Below, piece after piece: positions 11,201 to 22,277 of a stretch of DNA of 64,000 nt; positions within the stretch are counted from its first letter, which is position 1, and each line of letters opens with the position of its first letter. The stretch is from Anolis carolinensis. Lineage: Eukaryota. The notes beneath the pieces were generated by a model. That model made no database searches, was not told the origin of the DNA, and worked only from the letters and a program-made list of their open reading frames with translations. The stretch is taken from NCBI RefSeq assembly GCF_035594765.1, contig NC_085844.1, positions 10,307,923 through 10,371,922 on the forward strand, given 5' to 3'. The position numbers and the translations under genes are program-made.

Positions 11201-11789
11201 GAGTACTTTCTTGCTTTGAAGACAACTGCCGCCATTTGTGCATGTTAACTGAATGTACAGTGTTACAGTCTAAAGAAATAAACTTCTACCAGATTTTGAA
11301 ACAAGAGTATATAATCCACTGCATTTTCAAAAGAAGTACTGCTTTTATACATTACTTATTAATTTGCTATAGAATCCACATGCCAAGGGGTTTTGTGGTA
11401 CTTTGAGATCTAATGAGATAAAGATTTTTTTTTGTAGTATAAGCTTTTGCAGACTATGGATGCATCTACTGTTCACTATTGGAACATGGGAGCTGTTGTC
11501 GTTTGATAAAGTCCTTAGCCATGATTCCATAACATTGAGACATGGCAGTTAAAGTGCTGTCAAACTGCCGTAATTTTATAGTGTAGATGCACACTGAGTC
11601 TACTTTATCAGATACATGGAGCAAAGGGCAAACATTTATACTCAGGAATGAACAAGTGAGTGCATGGCATACATAATGAATATATCTATAGAATTTTCAG
11701 AAAAATCATGATTTTCTAATGTAGATGGGTATAATTGTTTCTATATCATTTTAAAAGACTTGCTTCCTTGTCAATGGGCCCTTAGAGTA

Positions 11790-12255
11790 ATGGTTGGGGT
11801 TTCCTGGTTATCTAAACAGCTTTCATCCACTTTGAAAAAATGTCAAGCACTTTATTTATACTTTTACTGAATCCCTCCCCCGTTTTCGTTCCCAGCAAAT
11901 AATAGATCATAGGGTTAATGATGGTGTTTAATGTTATGCTTATGCCAGCATATACATATACATTCAGGAGGAAGAAGGCAAGTGTAAGGAAAATGGCTCT
12001 TAACAGTTTCTCCTGCATCTGTTGTAATGGTCTTAAGCAGACATTAACAAACGTAGTCATAGTACAATACACACATGATGGGCATGAAACATACAGCATT
12101 TAAGAAAAGTGCATATATCCTGAAACTGTAAAGCTGAATATGAACTGAGAGGGTGAAATTTGTAGCAAACGTTGGGAACGCAAGGATCCATATGGTGACA
12201 CACACAGTCGTGAACAAATCTGGTGGCTGGTGGTGCAGGTACCAAAGTGGGCTCG
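11790..12255 (-). pseudogene. 5'-truncated MRGPR pseudogene (TM4-TM7)
   Basis: PLWYLHHQPP...VTIWIL...FMPIMCV, then a frameshift, then KLLRAIFLTLAFFLL...NTIINPMIYYLLG; internal deletion around ECL3. Confidence 0.85.
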
Positions 12256-13184
12256 ATTTATGTGCCTCTACTTCCCTGGTTAGAAGAGAATGCGAATTGA
12301 AAGATGGAGCTATACAGTGAACATAGGTACGAATGAAAATGCACATAATCACTCCAATAAGTCAGGAGTTAACTGGTGAGTATAAAAAAGTATTTCTAAT
12401 ACATTTTCAAAACACTAACTTCAGGTTAAAGAAACCTTTAACCAAGCCTTAGCTGAGGTTTTCCTATTCTCTCCTATAGTCTTCCTCCTCTTTGAAAAGT
12501 TTCTCAAATACTATATTTATTCTTTTGCTGGATCTCCCCCTTTTATCTCTTCCCACCAAATAATAGATCATGGGATTAATGGTGCTGTTTAGAGAGGCAC
12601 AAAGGTAGGCATATGTAAAGAAATGGCGTTGAACTTTTTGAAAAATAACAAGAATATGAATAACATTAAATGGAAAAGCAAAGAGCAAGAAGAAAGCAAG
12701 CGTGAACAAAATCGCTCTTAGCAATCTTCCCCGCTTATTTTGTTGTGGTTTTGAGGAGACTTTAATTAACATGGCTACAGTGGACACACACATGATGGGC
12801 ATGAAAATTGCAACATTCAAGAAAAAATTGAGAGTTTTTAACCAAAGAAACTTAATAGTGACATTGAGGATGGTATTTGTAGAAGAAATTAGTAAGCTGA
12901 GGATCCAGATGATGACACAAACAACAGTGGACAAGCGTGGTGGCCGGTGACATCGATGCCAAAGTGGGAAAAAGAGGCACACACACCTATCAATGCTGAT
13001 GATTGTCAATAGGAACTGGCTGGTCAAGAATGTGAACAGAAATATGGAATCATGCAGAAAACTTAGATAATCCATAAAGGAGATCTCATCAAGCAAATTT
13101 AAAATAAAGAATATGTTATGCATAACTACCACTGTGAGCAGTCCGAAGTCAGCAACAGAGAGGTGCAGTATGTAGGTGGTGAAA

Positions 13185-13220
13185 TTGGGACTTCCGGCGG
13201 CGGGGGCAATGGCGACAGGT
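13185..13220 (+). promoter_or_regulatory. L1 internal promoter, 5' end motifs
   Basis: ACTTCCGG (ETS-like) and CAATGGCG (YY1-like) in the first 35 nt of a CpG-rich 5'UTR. Confidence 0.5.
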
Positions 13221-14266
13221 TGGGTCCACCGAGAGCTCTTGGTGTGCCAACCGCTGATCTGACCTGGTAGAGCGACAGCTCCCTCTTTCCCCTCGGATCG
13301 AGATTGGGGAAAGACGCCGGTGTCAGAGGATCTCTCCGACGGCCCCAACGGCCCTCGCCCCTCAAGGGAGAGGTTCTAGTGGGTCCGGAGACCTCGGCCG
13401 GCGGGTCGACAGCGGGAAGCGGGAGCAACCGCATTAGCTGCCAGCCAAGCCACCGCCGAACCCATCGGAGTAAAATACAGCAGCGCCGGGCAAACCAATC
13501 GCCGCCGCCTGCTTAACTTGATAACAAGTAATCCGGAAAGGCTAAGCCGCATGGTGAGTTTATCTCAGTAGCGATACAACATACCAGAAGTCTTTTTAGT
13601 TAACTTAAGATAGAGGCAAATATTTAAAGTATAAATAATCCAAGCCATCTTACTGTGACTCCACTGGCGTGGTCGGGAGGAGAAGGAAGAGGTGGAAGAA
13701 CGGAGGTGGACGGAGGTGGAAAGAGGGAAAGGGAAGGAAGAAGGATCGCCTAGGAGGTAGCGTGAGAAGTTTGGTGCCAGTCCCCACAGTGCTGGAGTTT
13801 GGCTGTGGATTTGAAACGACCTTGAAGCCATATTGTTTAGTCTACGGGCTACCTTCTTTAAACAATCGAGAGAGGACATGACGTAAGCGGAAGTACTGGC
13901 GCCGCTAGTTATCAAGTACGAGGAGAAGATAGGAACTTTCAAGGCGGGAGCATTTTCCGGAGGGGACATAGTGTGAAGGACACAGGGCGGATACGTGAAA
14001 AGGATCTCATAGACCGAATAAGCAGGGGATACTGAATCCAAAGGAAATCCAAAGGAAAACGAGGCCAAAGGAAAGCGACGGACGCAGGAAGGAGGAAATA
14101 TAAATCAAGTAGAAGGTAGCACCCAAACTTGGATTTTCCTCGTGCGGGTCTTTAAATTTTCTATCTCTACTGTCCCCCCTATTCCCCCCCCATCAGTCAT
14201 TAACCCTTTGACCTTAGTACTAGATTGTACTCCCAGCGGTCCCAACGAGTATAACAACCCGGAGCT

Positions 14267-15331
14267 ATGGCGACACCCAAGTGGAGAATAGACAAAGACA
14301 ACAAAGACAATAAGGACTCTAGGCTAAATGTGCGAAGAACCTCCCTTCCAGAGGAGGGGGGCTTAAAAGATATTTTGAGGGAGATTAAGAAAATTTCGGA
14401 GAAACAGGACCAACTGCAAAGTGAGGTCCAAATGATAGCTAAAAAACAGGATTTGCAACAAAAGACTCTGCAAGAAGAACTGGCAGAGTTGAAAAAAGAG
14501 TGGAGAGGAGAGATGGGGGCTATGAAAAAAGAACTTATTAAGAACTCTAACGACATTAACGAACTAAAAATAGTGAACAGAAAAAATGACAAAATGCAAA
14601 CGAAATTACAAGAGAAAATGGAGTCCATGGAGGAGAGGGAGAAGAAAATGGAAAAAATACAGGAAAAACTGGAATTCCAATCACTGGAATACCAATTACG
14701 ATATAGGAACATTCAAGAGGAGGAAAAAGAAAATATTGGTTGGGTGATCACACAAATAACAGCTAAGATTCTACAATGCACGGAACAGGAAGCCTGCGGC
14801 CAAATCGACAGGGTATATAGAATTCAGTCGAATTTTACCAAGAAAAATAAAGTAATCAAGGATGTTATGGTTCACTTCCTGAAGAAAACCACAAGAGACG
14901 AAGTACTCAGGAAAAACGCTATAAATCCTATATGGTACAAAGACAGAAAGCTGATCATATTAAAGGAACTTCCAAAATCGATATTAAACAGGAGAAGGAA
15001 GTACTACTTCCTAACAGACGAACTCAAGAAAAGACAAATAAAATATAGATGGGAAAAATACGAAGGCCTAATGGCCACATACAAAGATGACAGAGTATGG
15101 ATTACTTCGGAGGATGAAGCAAAGGACTTTTATAGGATGTTAAAGAAAGATTTAAATCTAAATAGATTATCCTCAAGTAATGGCAAAAATCCTAAAGAAA
15201 CCAAGAAGAGAAGATTTGACTCGCCGAAGGACAGTGACCCAACAGTCGCTGAATTGGACTTGATCGCGGACCAAGATGACTCGGACACGGGAGAACCAAT
15301 AGAAGATGATGGAATCCTCAAAGATGAGTAA
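14267..15331 (+). CDS. L1 ORF1p (coiled coil, RRM, CTD)
   Basis: 354 aa; heptad-rich N-terminal half, then LRYRNIQE, IDRVYRI and RRRKY motifs typical of L1 ORF1. Confidence 0.92.
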   Translation: MATPKWRIDKDNKDNKDSRLNVRRTSLPEEGGLKDILREIKKISEKQDQLQSEVQMIAKKQDLQQKTLQEELAELKKEWRGEMGAMKKELIKNSNDINELKIVNRKNDKMQTKLQEKMESMEEREKKMEKIQEKLEFQSLEYQLRYRNIQEEEKENIGWVITQITAKILQCTEQEACGQIDRVYRIQSNFTKKNKVIKDVMVHFLKKTTRDEVLRKNAINPIWYKDRKLIILKELPKSILNRRRKYYFLTDELKKRQIKYRWEKYEGLMATYKDDRVWITSEDEAKDFYRMLKKDLNLNRLSSSNGKNPKETKKRRFDSPKDSDPTVAELDLIADQDDSDTGEPIEDDGILKDE

Positions 15332-18300
15332 TGTCTGTACTCATTTAAAATGTTTCTCAAACAATATTAACGGGTTGAACACGCCCATTAAACGTAAAAG
15401 ATTATTTAACAAATTAAGAAAAGGAAATTACAGTATTATAGCTTTACAGGAGACACACATTGAACGTACGCACTCCAATCTTTTGATTAACAATCAGCTA
15501 GGGAAGGTATTCGTCTCGGCGGACACCAATAAAAAAAGGGGAGTGGCTTTATACGTAGATGACAACCTCACAGCAAAAGAAGCATTTAAAGACAATGAAG
15601 GTAGGGTCATAGCAATATTAATTGACCGGGAGGAAGAAAAAACTTTAATCTGTAACATCTATGTGCCAAATGGCCCCAAAACAAAGTTCACCAAAACATT
15701 GAGAGAAAGTATTAGTAATGTAGAATTTGATCATATTATAATTCTTGGTGACTTTAACGGAGTAGTAGATAAAGAATTAGATAAAACTAAACAACCAAAG
15801 AAAGTTAAAGAAACCACCTCCCTCCCTAAAAGCCTCCTAGCATTAAAAGATGAACTGGATTTAGTAGATACGTGGAGAGAACTAAACCCCCAAATAAAAG
15901 ACTATACACATTATTCAAATAGGCACCAATCATGGTCGAGGATCGACATGATATGGGTTTCCAAATCCCTTGTGACAAAGGTATCGGACATACGCATTTT
16001 ACCTAGAGACTTATCGGACCACTGCCCACTAGTAATGGAACTTAATAAAAAAAGGTTTGTAAGGAAATGGAGGCTAAACGAAAATCTATTAAAAGACAAG
16101 AAAGACATAGACAAAATTAAAGAGATGACGAAAGAATACTTTAATATCAATGACACCAACGAAATGAACCCACAAATTGTATGGGACGCTTATAAAGCAG
16201 TGGCGAGAGGATTTTTAATCCAATTAAGTGCTACTAAACGAAAACAAAAAGAAGCAGAATGGAATAGTTTAAATAAGGAGATTGAGATGAAGGAAAAGGA
16301 CTTAAAAGCCAACCCCAAAAACAAAAAGATAAAAAGAAATCTAGATTTATTAAATAAAATGAAAGAGAGTAGAGACTTAGAGAAATTGGCAAAACAAATT
16401 AAATGGGTTAAACAATACGCCTTTGAAAACGCAAACAAACCAGGAAAATGGTTATCCCGTCTAATAAGGAAGAAGAAACAGAGCAGACAAATTATTAAAA
16501 TCAGAACCGAAGGCAAAATAGTGAACTTAGATGAGGAAATAAAAGAAGTATTTCAAACATATTACGAAAACCTATACTCTAAAGATAATATCAATCCCGA
16601 GGCTATAACAGAGTTCCTAGGCAAATTACAATTGGATAAAATCACAGAAGAGCAAAGACGCGAACTCAATAAAGAAATCACAGAGGAGGAAATTCTTAAA
16701 GTAATCAACAATGTAGATAGTAATAAAACCCCGGGGCCGGATGGATTTATTGCGGGCTTTTATAAATTAGGATTAAAAGAAGTGACCTCCTTCCTGAAAA
16801 AATTAATGAACCAGGCCCTCCAAAGTAAAGTTATACCAGATTCATGGAAGGAGGCAACGATAGTAGTGATACCCAAAGAGGGTTTAGATATGTCGGATGT
16901 GAAAAACTATAGACCCATCTCCCTCCTAAATACAGATTATAAGATTTTCACAAAGATCCTGGCGAACAGGCTGAAAGACTTCCTTGCAGAGTGGATAGGA
17001 GAAGACCAAACGGGCTTTCTCCCAGCTAGATCGATTAAGGACAACGTAAGAATAATAATTGATGTTTTGGAATATTATGAACAACATAATCAAACAGAAG
17101 TGGGCCTTCTCTCTTTGGACGCAGAGAAAGCTTTCGATAATTTAAATTGGAATTTTTTCAAATTGTTATTTCGAGAATTGGACCTAGGATTTCAAATCCA
17201 AAATGGCATCAATAGTATTTATGAGGAACAATGGGCAAAAATACAAATTAATGGCCAGGAGACAAAAAAATTCGAAATTTACAAAGGTACGAGACAAGGT
17301 TGCCCCCTCTCACCCTTAATATTCATTATGGCATTAGAGACCCTGCTCAGGGTAATTAGAAATGATTCGAACTTGCAAGGCCCTAAAATAGACAAACAAG
17401 ATTATAAATATCGGGCGTTCGCAGACGACGTGATATGTATTATAGAAAATCCAATCCAGAATATTAAAAATTGGCTTCTGAAAATTGAAGAATATGGAAA
17501 GGTGGCCGGTCTCAGAATCAATACAAAGAAAACAACGATCCTTACCAAAAATATGTCAAAAAAGAAACAGAAAGAGCTATACGATATCTCAGGGTTAAAA
17601 ACAGCGCCCAAATTAAAATACTTAGGGATCTGGCTATCAGCGAAAAATAATCAATTACTAGATTTAAATTACATTGAGAAATGGAAAGAAATTCGAAGGG
17701 ATCTGGAAAAATGGAAAAATCTAAATGTCTCTTTAATGGGAAGAATAGCAATAATTAAGATGAATGTCCTGCCAAAGTTACTGTACCTATTCCAAAACCT
17801 ACCAATTATAAGGAGTCCCAAGATATTCAAAGATTGGCAAAAAGACATCACTAAATTTATTTGGAGAGGCAAAAAACCCAGGATCAAATTTAGCACAATG
17901 ATTTCACCGAAAACGCAGGGAGGTTTTGGCCTCCCGAATCTAAAACTTTATCATGATGCTAGTGCTCTTCTTTGGATAAAAGAGTGGATCAAATTGGAAA
18001 AAAATAAAATTTTGAATTTGGAGGGCCATGAATTAAAGAAAGGTTGGCACGGATATTTATGGTATGGAAAAATGAAAATTGATAAACAATTTGGCAATCA
18101 CTTTATTAGATCTGTTTTATTGAGAACATGGGAAAAATATAAACCCCGCTTCTACACTAAAACACCACTATGGCTATCCCCGATTGAAGCTGATCATAGA
18201 AGGCTATTAGGTTGGCGGATTTGGCCGACCTATAGTCAATTGTTAATTATGGCAAAGGATAAATCCAACCCCCCCAAACTAAAAGAATTAGCTGAAATAC

Positions 18301-19088
18301 AAAAACTGAACAAAAATGTGTCCTGGTACCAACTTTTCCAAATTAATGAGGCATATAAAAGAGACAAAATAGTCGGATTTGACCAAGAACAAGGATTTTG
18401 GGACAAATTTATCCACGTGGAGAGGAAGAACATATCCATATTGTATAATAAACTTCTGTCCTGGGAAATTGAAACAGAGTTAGTAACTAACTCTATGATA
18501 CTATGGGCCAGGAACATAAACAGACCCATTCAATTGTGCGAATGGGAGTCGATTTGGAATAAAAAAATAAAATATACGTACTCAGTAGATATGAAAGAAA
18601 ATTGGCTTAAGCTTATACACAGATGGTACTTAACACCTAAGAAAATAGGGCAGATGTATAAGGACGCAAATAATAAATGCTGGAGGTGTAAAGCCCAAAT
18701 AGGATCCTATTTCCACATGTGGTGGAAGTGTAGGAAATTAGATAATTTTTGGACTACAATCCTGGAAGAGAGTAATGACATATTAAATACGAAATTTGTG
18801 AAAAGGCCGGAACTACTTTTGCTAGGTTTATATGACCCCGAGGACAGAATTGACACTAATACCGACAAACTTTTCACCTTTTTCATAACCGCAGCAAGGC
18901 TCCTGATTGCAAGACTCTGGAAGTCAACGCAAGTACCGACTAAAGAACAATGGCTGGAAAAAGTGATGGAAATTAAGAATATGGACCAACTATCCTTCTG
19001 GATCAAAAGAAATAATGGCACCCCACTAAAGGCTACTGACTGGTCTAAATTTGAGGAATACTTAAGGACAAAACTACAAAAGAATTAA
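15306..19088 (+). CDS. L1 ORF2p (APE endonuclease, reverse transcriptase, CCHC)
   Basis: 1260 aa; NINGLN, LQETH, GDFN and SDH (endonuclease); PGPDG, YRPISLLN, RQGCPLSP and FADD (RT); CWRC-x8-HMWWKC. Confidence 0.97.
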   Translation: MMESSKMSNVCTHLKCFSNNINGLNTPIKRKRLFNKLRKGNYSIIALQETHIERTHSNLLINNQLGKVFVSADTNKKRGVALYVDDNLTAKEAFKDNEGRVIAILIDREEEKTLICNIYVPNGPKTKFTKTLRESISNVEFDHIIILGDFNGVVDKELDKTKQPKKVKETTSLPKSLLALKDELDLVDTWRELNPQIKDYTHYSNRHQSWSRIDMIWVSKSLVTKVSDIRILPRDLSDHCPLVMELNKKRFVRKWRLNENLLKDKKDIDKIKEMTKEYFNINDTNEMNPQIVWDAYKAVARGFLIQLSATKRKQKEAEWNSLNKEIEMKEKDLKANPKNKKIKRNLDLLNKMKESRDLEKLAKQIKWVKQYAFENANKPGKWLSRLIRKKKQSRQIIKIRTEGKIVNLDEEIKEVFQTYYENLYSKDNINPEAITEFLGKLQLDKITEEQRRELNKEITEEEILKVINNVDSNKTPGPDGFIAGFYKLGLKEVTSFLKKLMNQALQSKVIPDSWKEATIVVIPKEGLDMSDVKNYRPISLLNTDYKIFTKILANRLKDFLAEWIGEDQTGFLPARSIKDNVRIIIDVLEYYEQHNQTEVGLLSLDAEKAFDNLNWNFFKLLFRELDLGFQIQNGINSIYEEQWAKIQINGQETKKFEIYKGTRQGCPLSPLIFIMALETLLRVIRNDSNLQGPKIDKQDYKYRAFADDVICIIENPIQNIKNWLLKIEEYGKVAGLRINTKKTTILTKNMSKKKQKELYDISGLKTAPKLKYLGIWLSAKNNQLLDLNYIEKWKEIRRDLEKWKNLNVSLMGRIAIIKMNVLPKLLYLFQNLPIIRSPKIFKDWQKDITKFIWRGKKPRIKFSTMISPKTQGGFGLPNLKLYHDASALLWIKEWIKLEKNKILNLEGHELKKGWHGYLWYGKMKIDKQFGNHFIRSVLLRTWEKYKPRFYTKTPLWLSPIEADHRRLLGWRIWPTYSQLLIMAKDKSNPPKLKELAEIQKLNKNVSWYQLFQINEAYKRDKIVGFDQEQGFWDKFIHVERKNISILYNKLLSWEIETELVTNSMILWARNINRPIQLCEWESIWNKKIKYTYSVDMKENWLKLIHRWYLTPKKIGQMYKDANNKCWRCKAQIGSYFHMWWKCRKLDNFWTTILEESNDILNTKFVKRPELLLLGLYDPEDRIDTNTDKLFTFFITAARLLIARLWKSTQVPTKEQWLEKVMEIKNMDQLSFWIKRNNGTPLKATDWSKFEEYLRTKLQKN

Positions 19089-19557
19089 GGACTGAAGTAA
19101 TGGACTTAGTGAGCATAATCGGAAGTCGAAATATCACCTCCCCATTCCCCCTCTGCCCAAACCCCTACCCCACCCTTTATGTCCCACAGTCCCCCTTCCC
19201 CACTGCACCCTTATCCCAATCCGTGTATGTGCCACCACAAACCCCACCCCTATCCCTACAGTGAATACTTGTTTGTCTGTGTACCATGTGTTGAAAGAAA
19301 TCACAATAAAAAGTATTTGCAAAAAAAAAAGTATGTAGGTGGTGAAAGCATTTCTCTTAATGTGAAAGCCAACAAGGCAAATGACTATTCCATTTCCTAC
19401 AAGTCCAGGAAGGCAGATCAGAAGAACTATGGTGGATATTGTAAATTTTTCTATGATAGAAGCACCATTTTGTAACTCAGTTGCATTATAGTCTATTCCA
19501 ATGTTCGAAGAAAAGAGCACTGACTGGCCTACAAGAGAAAAGAGAGAGGGAGAATTA

Positions 19558-19857
19558 CCGTATATACTCGTGTATAAGCTGACCCAAATATAAGCCGAGG
19601 CACCTAATTTTACCACAAAAAAACTGGGAAAACATTGACTCCAGTATAAGCCGAGGGTGGTAAATTTCAGAAATAAAAATAGATACCAATAAAATTACAT
19701 TAATTGAGGCATCAGTAGGTTTAATCTTTTTGAATATTTACATAAAGGTCAAATTTAAGATAAGACTGTCCAACTCTGATCAAATCATTATTTTCATCTT
19801 CTTCAATGTAAATGTGCTTATGCATCCTTTTAATAATAATAGAGTAAAATAATACAT

Positions 19858-19906
<49 letters not shown>

Positions 19907-20237
19907 CAGGAAAATAATACAAGTAATAATAAATAGAGTAAAATAATAAATGCAATAATAATAATAAGATCAGAGTGAAATAATAAATGTATTATTATTA
20001 TTAATAATAAAATAGAGTAAAATTAAATGTAATAGTAGCAACAATAATAGAGAAAAATAGTAAATGTAATAATACCAATAATAATATAGAAAAATAATAA
20101 ATGTACCACATATTCTCGAGTATAAGCTGACCCAAATATAAGCCAACCAGGATCCTCACCCGAGTATAAGCCGAGTGGGCCTTTTTCAGTCTTAAGAAAA
20201 GGGCTGAAAAACTAGGCTTATACTTGAGTATATACAG
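19558..20237. mobile_element. Tc1/mariner-superfamily (Tigger/pogo-like) non-autonomous element with internal (TAA)n
   Basis: TIRs CCGTATATACTCGTGTATAAG / CTTATACTTGAGTATATACAG; inserted at TA; the paralog at 34201-34220 shows the empty site. Confidence 0.8.
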
Positions 20238-21479
20238 AACTTCTCAGCTCTGGATCAGAATAATAAACAATGTTCCTACAGGCTGGGATCCTTTTTATAA
20301 GATATGTTCTTGCTCTCCTTAGTTACGCTAGTGCATGGAATCTTCCTGAATATTATGGAAGGAGGCATTCACCCTTGCATAAAGAATGTTCAAGAAATGT
20401 GTGATGGGAAGGAGGCTTGTGGGCTCAGCCCTATCTTCCTAATCACTGGTGCAAAAGGAAGATCCTTATTACCCAGAAAAGAATGATCAGCCTTTTGATA
20501 ACCATTATTGGTGCTCAGGAAGATGGAGCTGCATCCCCAAGTCTCCCAGTGCTTGCTGTATAACTACGGTAAGCAGAAAATGAAGGCAGTGACATTTGGA
20601 TTCACACAAAGGTCATGAGCAGAATTGTGGGAAGCCATGCTTCAGAATCCTATTAAAGGAATTTAGTCTGGCCATTCTGGGTGATGCAAAATTTCAAAGG
20701 CCATGTTAGTTGACTTTACACCCCTATCCTGCTTTCTCTGTGCTCTGGTAGTCTGGGGACAGGTGATAGCATCCATCATTCCCCATCATTCTGTTGTTTG
20801 TGTTTCTTACTAAACATTGAAAAAGACATTTTTTATTCACAATACCCGGAGTGGTGAGATGATCAGATAAGGGAGGGACAAAAGGAGAGAGTGATTTCTT
20901 CTTTTCCCCCTCATCTCTCTCTTTTCACTTTCTCATTGTCATTGCAAGGTCTAAGCAGTGACCAATTCCATTTTCATGCCTGGTTGCCACTGTAAAAACC
21001 AAAATGATTGGGGCAAGTTAAGGGTTATGGTCATCTGAGGGCTATGCAGTGCAACCACAATTAAACAAATCTGTTAAAAATATAAAACACAGCAGCCCCT
21101 TGTTTGGTCTTAAAAACCTTCTTCTGTAACATTCTGCCTGAATACGAAGGTTTTAGCCTGCTGACAGAAGGAAAACAGGGAGAGGGACATTTTGCTTTTC
21201 CAGGACAGGGAGTCCCAGAATCAAGAGGCAGCAACTGAGAAGGCCCACCCTCATTTCAGCACTAACCAAGGTTGTGATGGTGATGAGTTTGAGAAAAAGG
21301 CTCTTCCTAAGGATCTTGGGGTTCAGGCAGGTTGGGACAGGGAGATGTGATCAGTCAAATAGCCTGGACCTGAGATTTACCCTAAAATGAATGAAGCTCA
21401 ATAATGAAGATGGGCAAAATTCTTAGTCTCGTAGACCATTTCGGATCACCACCAAGTTCAACTCTCCAGATGGTCAGTC

Positions 21480-21780
21480 ATCCTCCTCAGTGTGACATCC
21501 TTTCAAATATTTAAACATGTGTATCATATCCCCTCTCAGTCTTCTTTTCTCCAAACTATACATACCCAGCTTCCTCATCCATTCGTCATAGGGTCTGACT
21601 CCCAAAGCGTTGACCATTTGGGTCGCCCTTCTTTGGACACATCCCAGTGTGTCAATATCTGTCTTGAATTTTGGTGTCTATAACTAGACACAGTATTCCA
21701 GGTGAGATCTGGCCAAAACAGAATAGAGTAGGTCTATGACTTCCCTTGATCTTGACACTATACTCCTATTGATGCAACCT
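21480..21780 (-). mobile_element. CR1 LINE fragment
   Basis: Minus strand encodes a CR1-like ORF2 end (HLEYCV...QRRATKMVN...LEKRRLRGDMI). Confidence 0.75.
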
Positions 21781-22277
21781 ATTTATTTATTTACTTACAG
21801 TATTTATATTTCACTCTTCTCACACAGAAGGGGACTCAGAGTTTATCACAAAACATACATATGTGGCAAACGTTCACTGCTGTTTATACACAGATAAGAC
21901 AGACAACTGATCATACATAAAAGTATATAGGCTTTTCCCATCTTTGGCTTCCTGGAGGCTTGTGCTCAGTTCTGGCCATGGGGGGGGGGGGGTTTCTGTT
22001 GCTCCATCTTCCTGCTGAAGAACTTTGTTCATAACTGGCTCCTTTTTGATTGAATCGCCAGTATTTTCCTGGCATTGCCTTATGGGTACCTGACTATCTC
22101 CTGGCTTTTAAGCGGTCCCTATTTATCTACTCACATTTTGCTTTCAATTTGCTAGATTGGCAGAAGCTGGGCTAAAGGTCAGGAGCTCGCCCTGATCCGG
22201 GTTTCAAACTGTCAGCCTTTCAACTGACAAGATTTATTGCAGCTGGTGGTTTAACCTGCTGTACTAAAATCCGGCCC
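21781..22277 (-). mobile_element. SINE-like element with tRNA head, Sauria-like core and L2-like (TAAA)n tail
   Basis: Head near 22275; core 'gtagataaataggga'; tail 'gagtccccttctgtgtgagaagagt...taaataaataaat'. Confidence 0.5.

Larger units (their letters stand above)
13185..19330 (+). mobile_element. Full-length young L1 LINE (~6.15 kb)
   Basis: TSD (A)GTATGTAGGTGGTGAAA at 13167-13184 and 19330-19347; CpG-rich 5'UTR; intact ORF1 and ORF2; AATAAA at 19305 and an A10 tail. Confidence 0.97.
12464..19500 (-). pseudogene. MRGPR copy 2, disrupted by a full-length L1 at the start of TM2
   Basis: N-terminus and TM1 (NATELQN...GLVGNG...KRNAFTTYIL) lie at 19330-19500; TM2-TM7 lie at 12464-13184; FTTYIL is duplicated by the TSD. 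The paralogs' ATG reads ATA here. Confidence 0.93.

Noticed and set aside
13565-14068. 167-aa antisense ORF in the L1 5'UTR (ORF0-like?)
   Set aside because: TTG start and Ser/Pro/Phe-rich composition expected from the reverse of a purine-rich strand.
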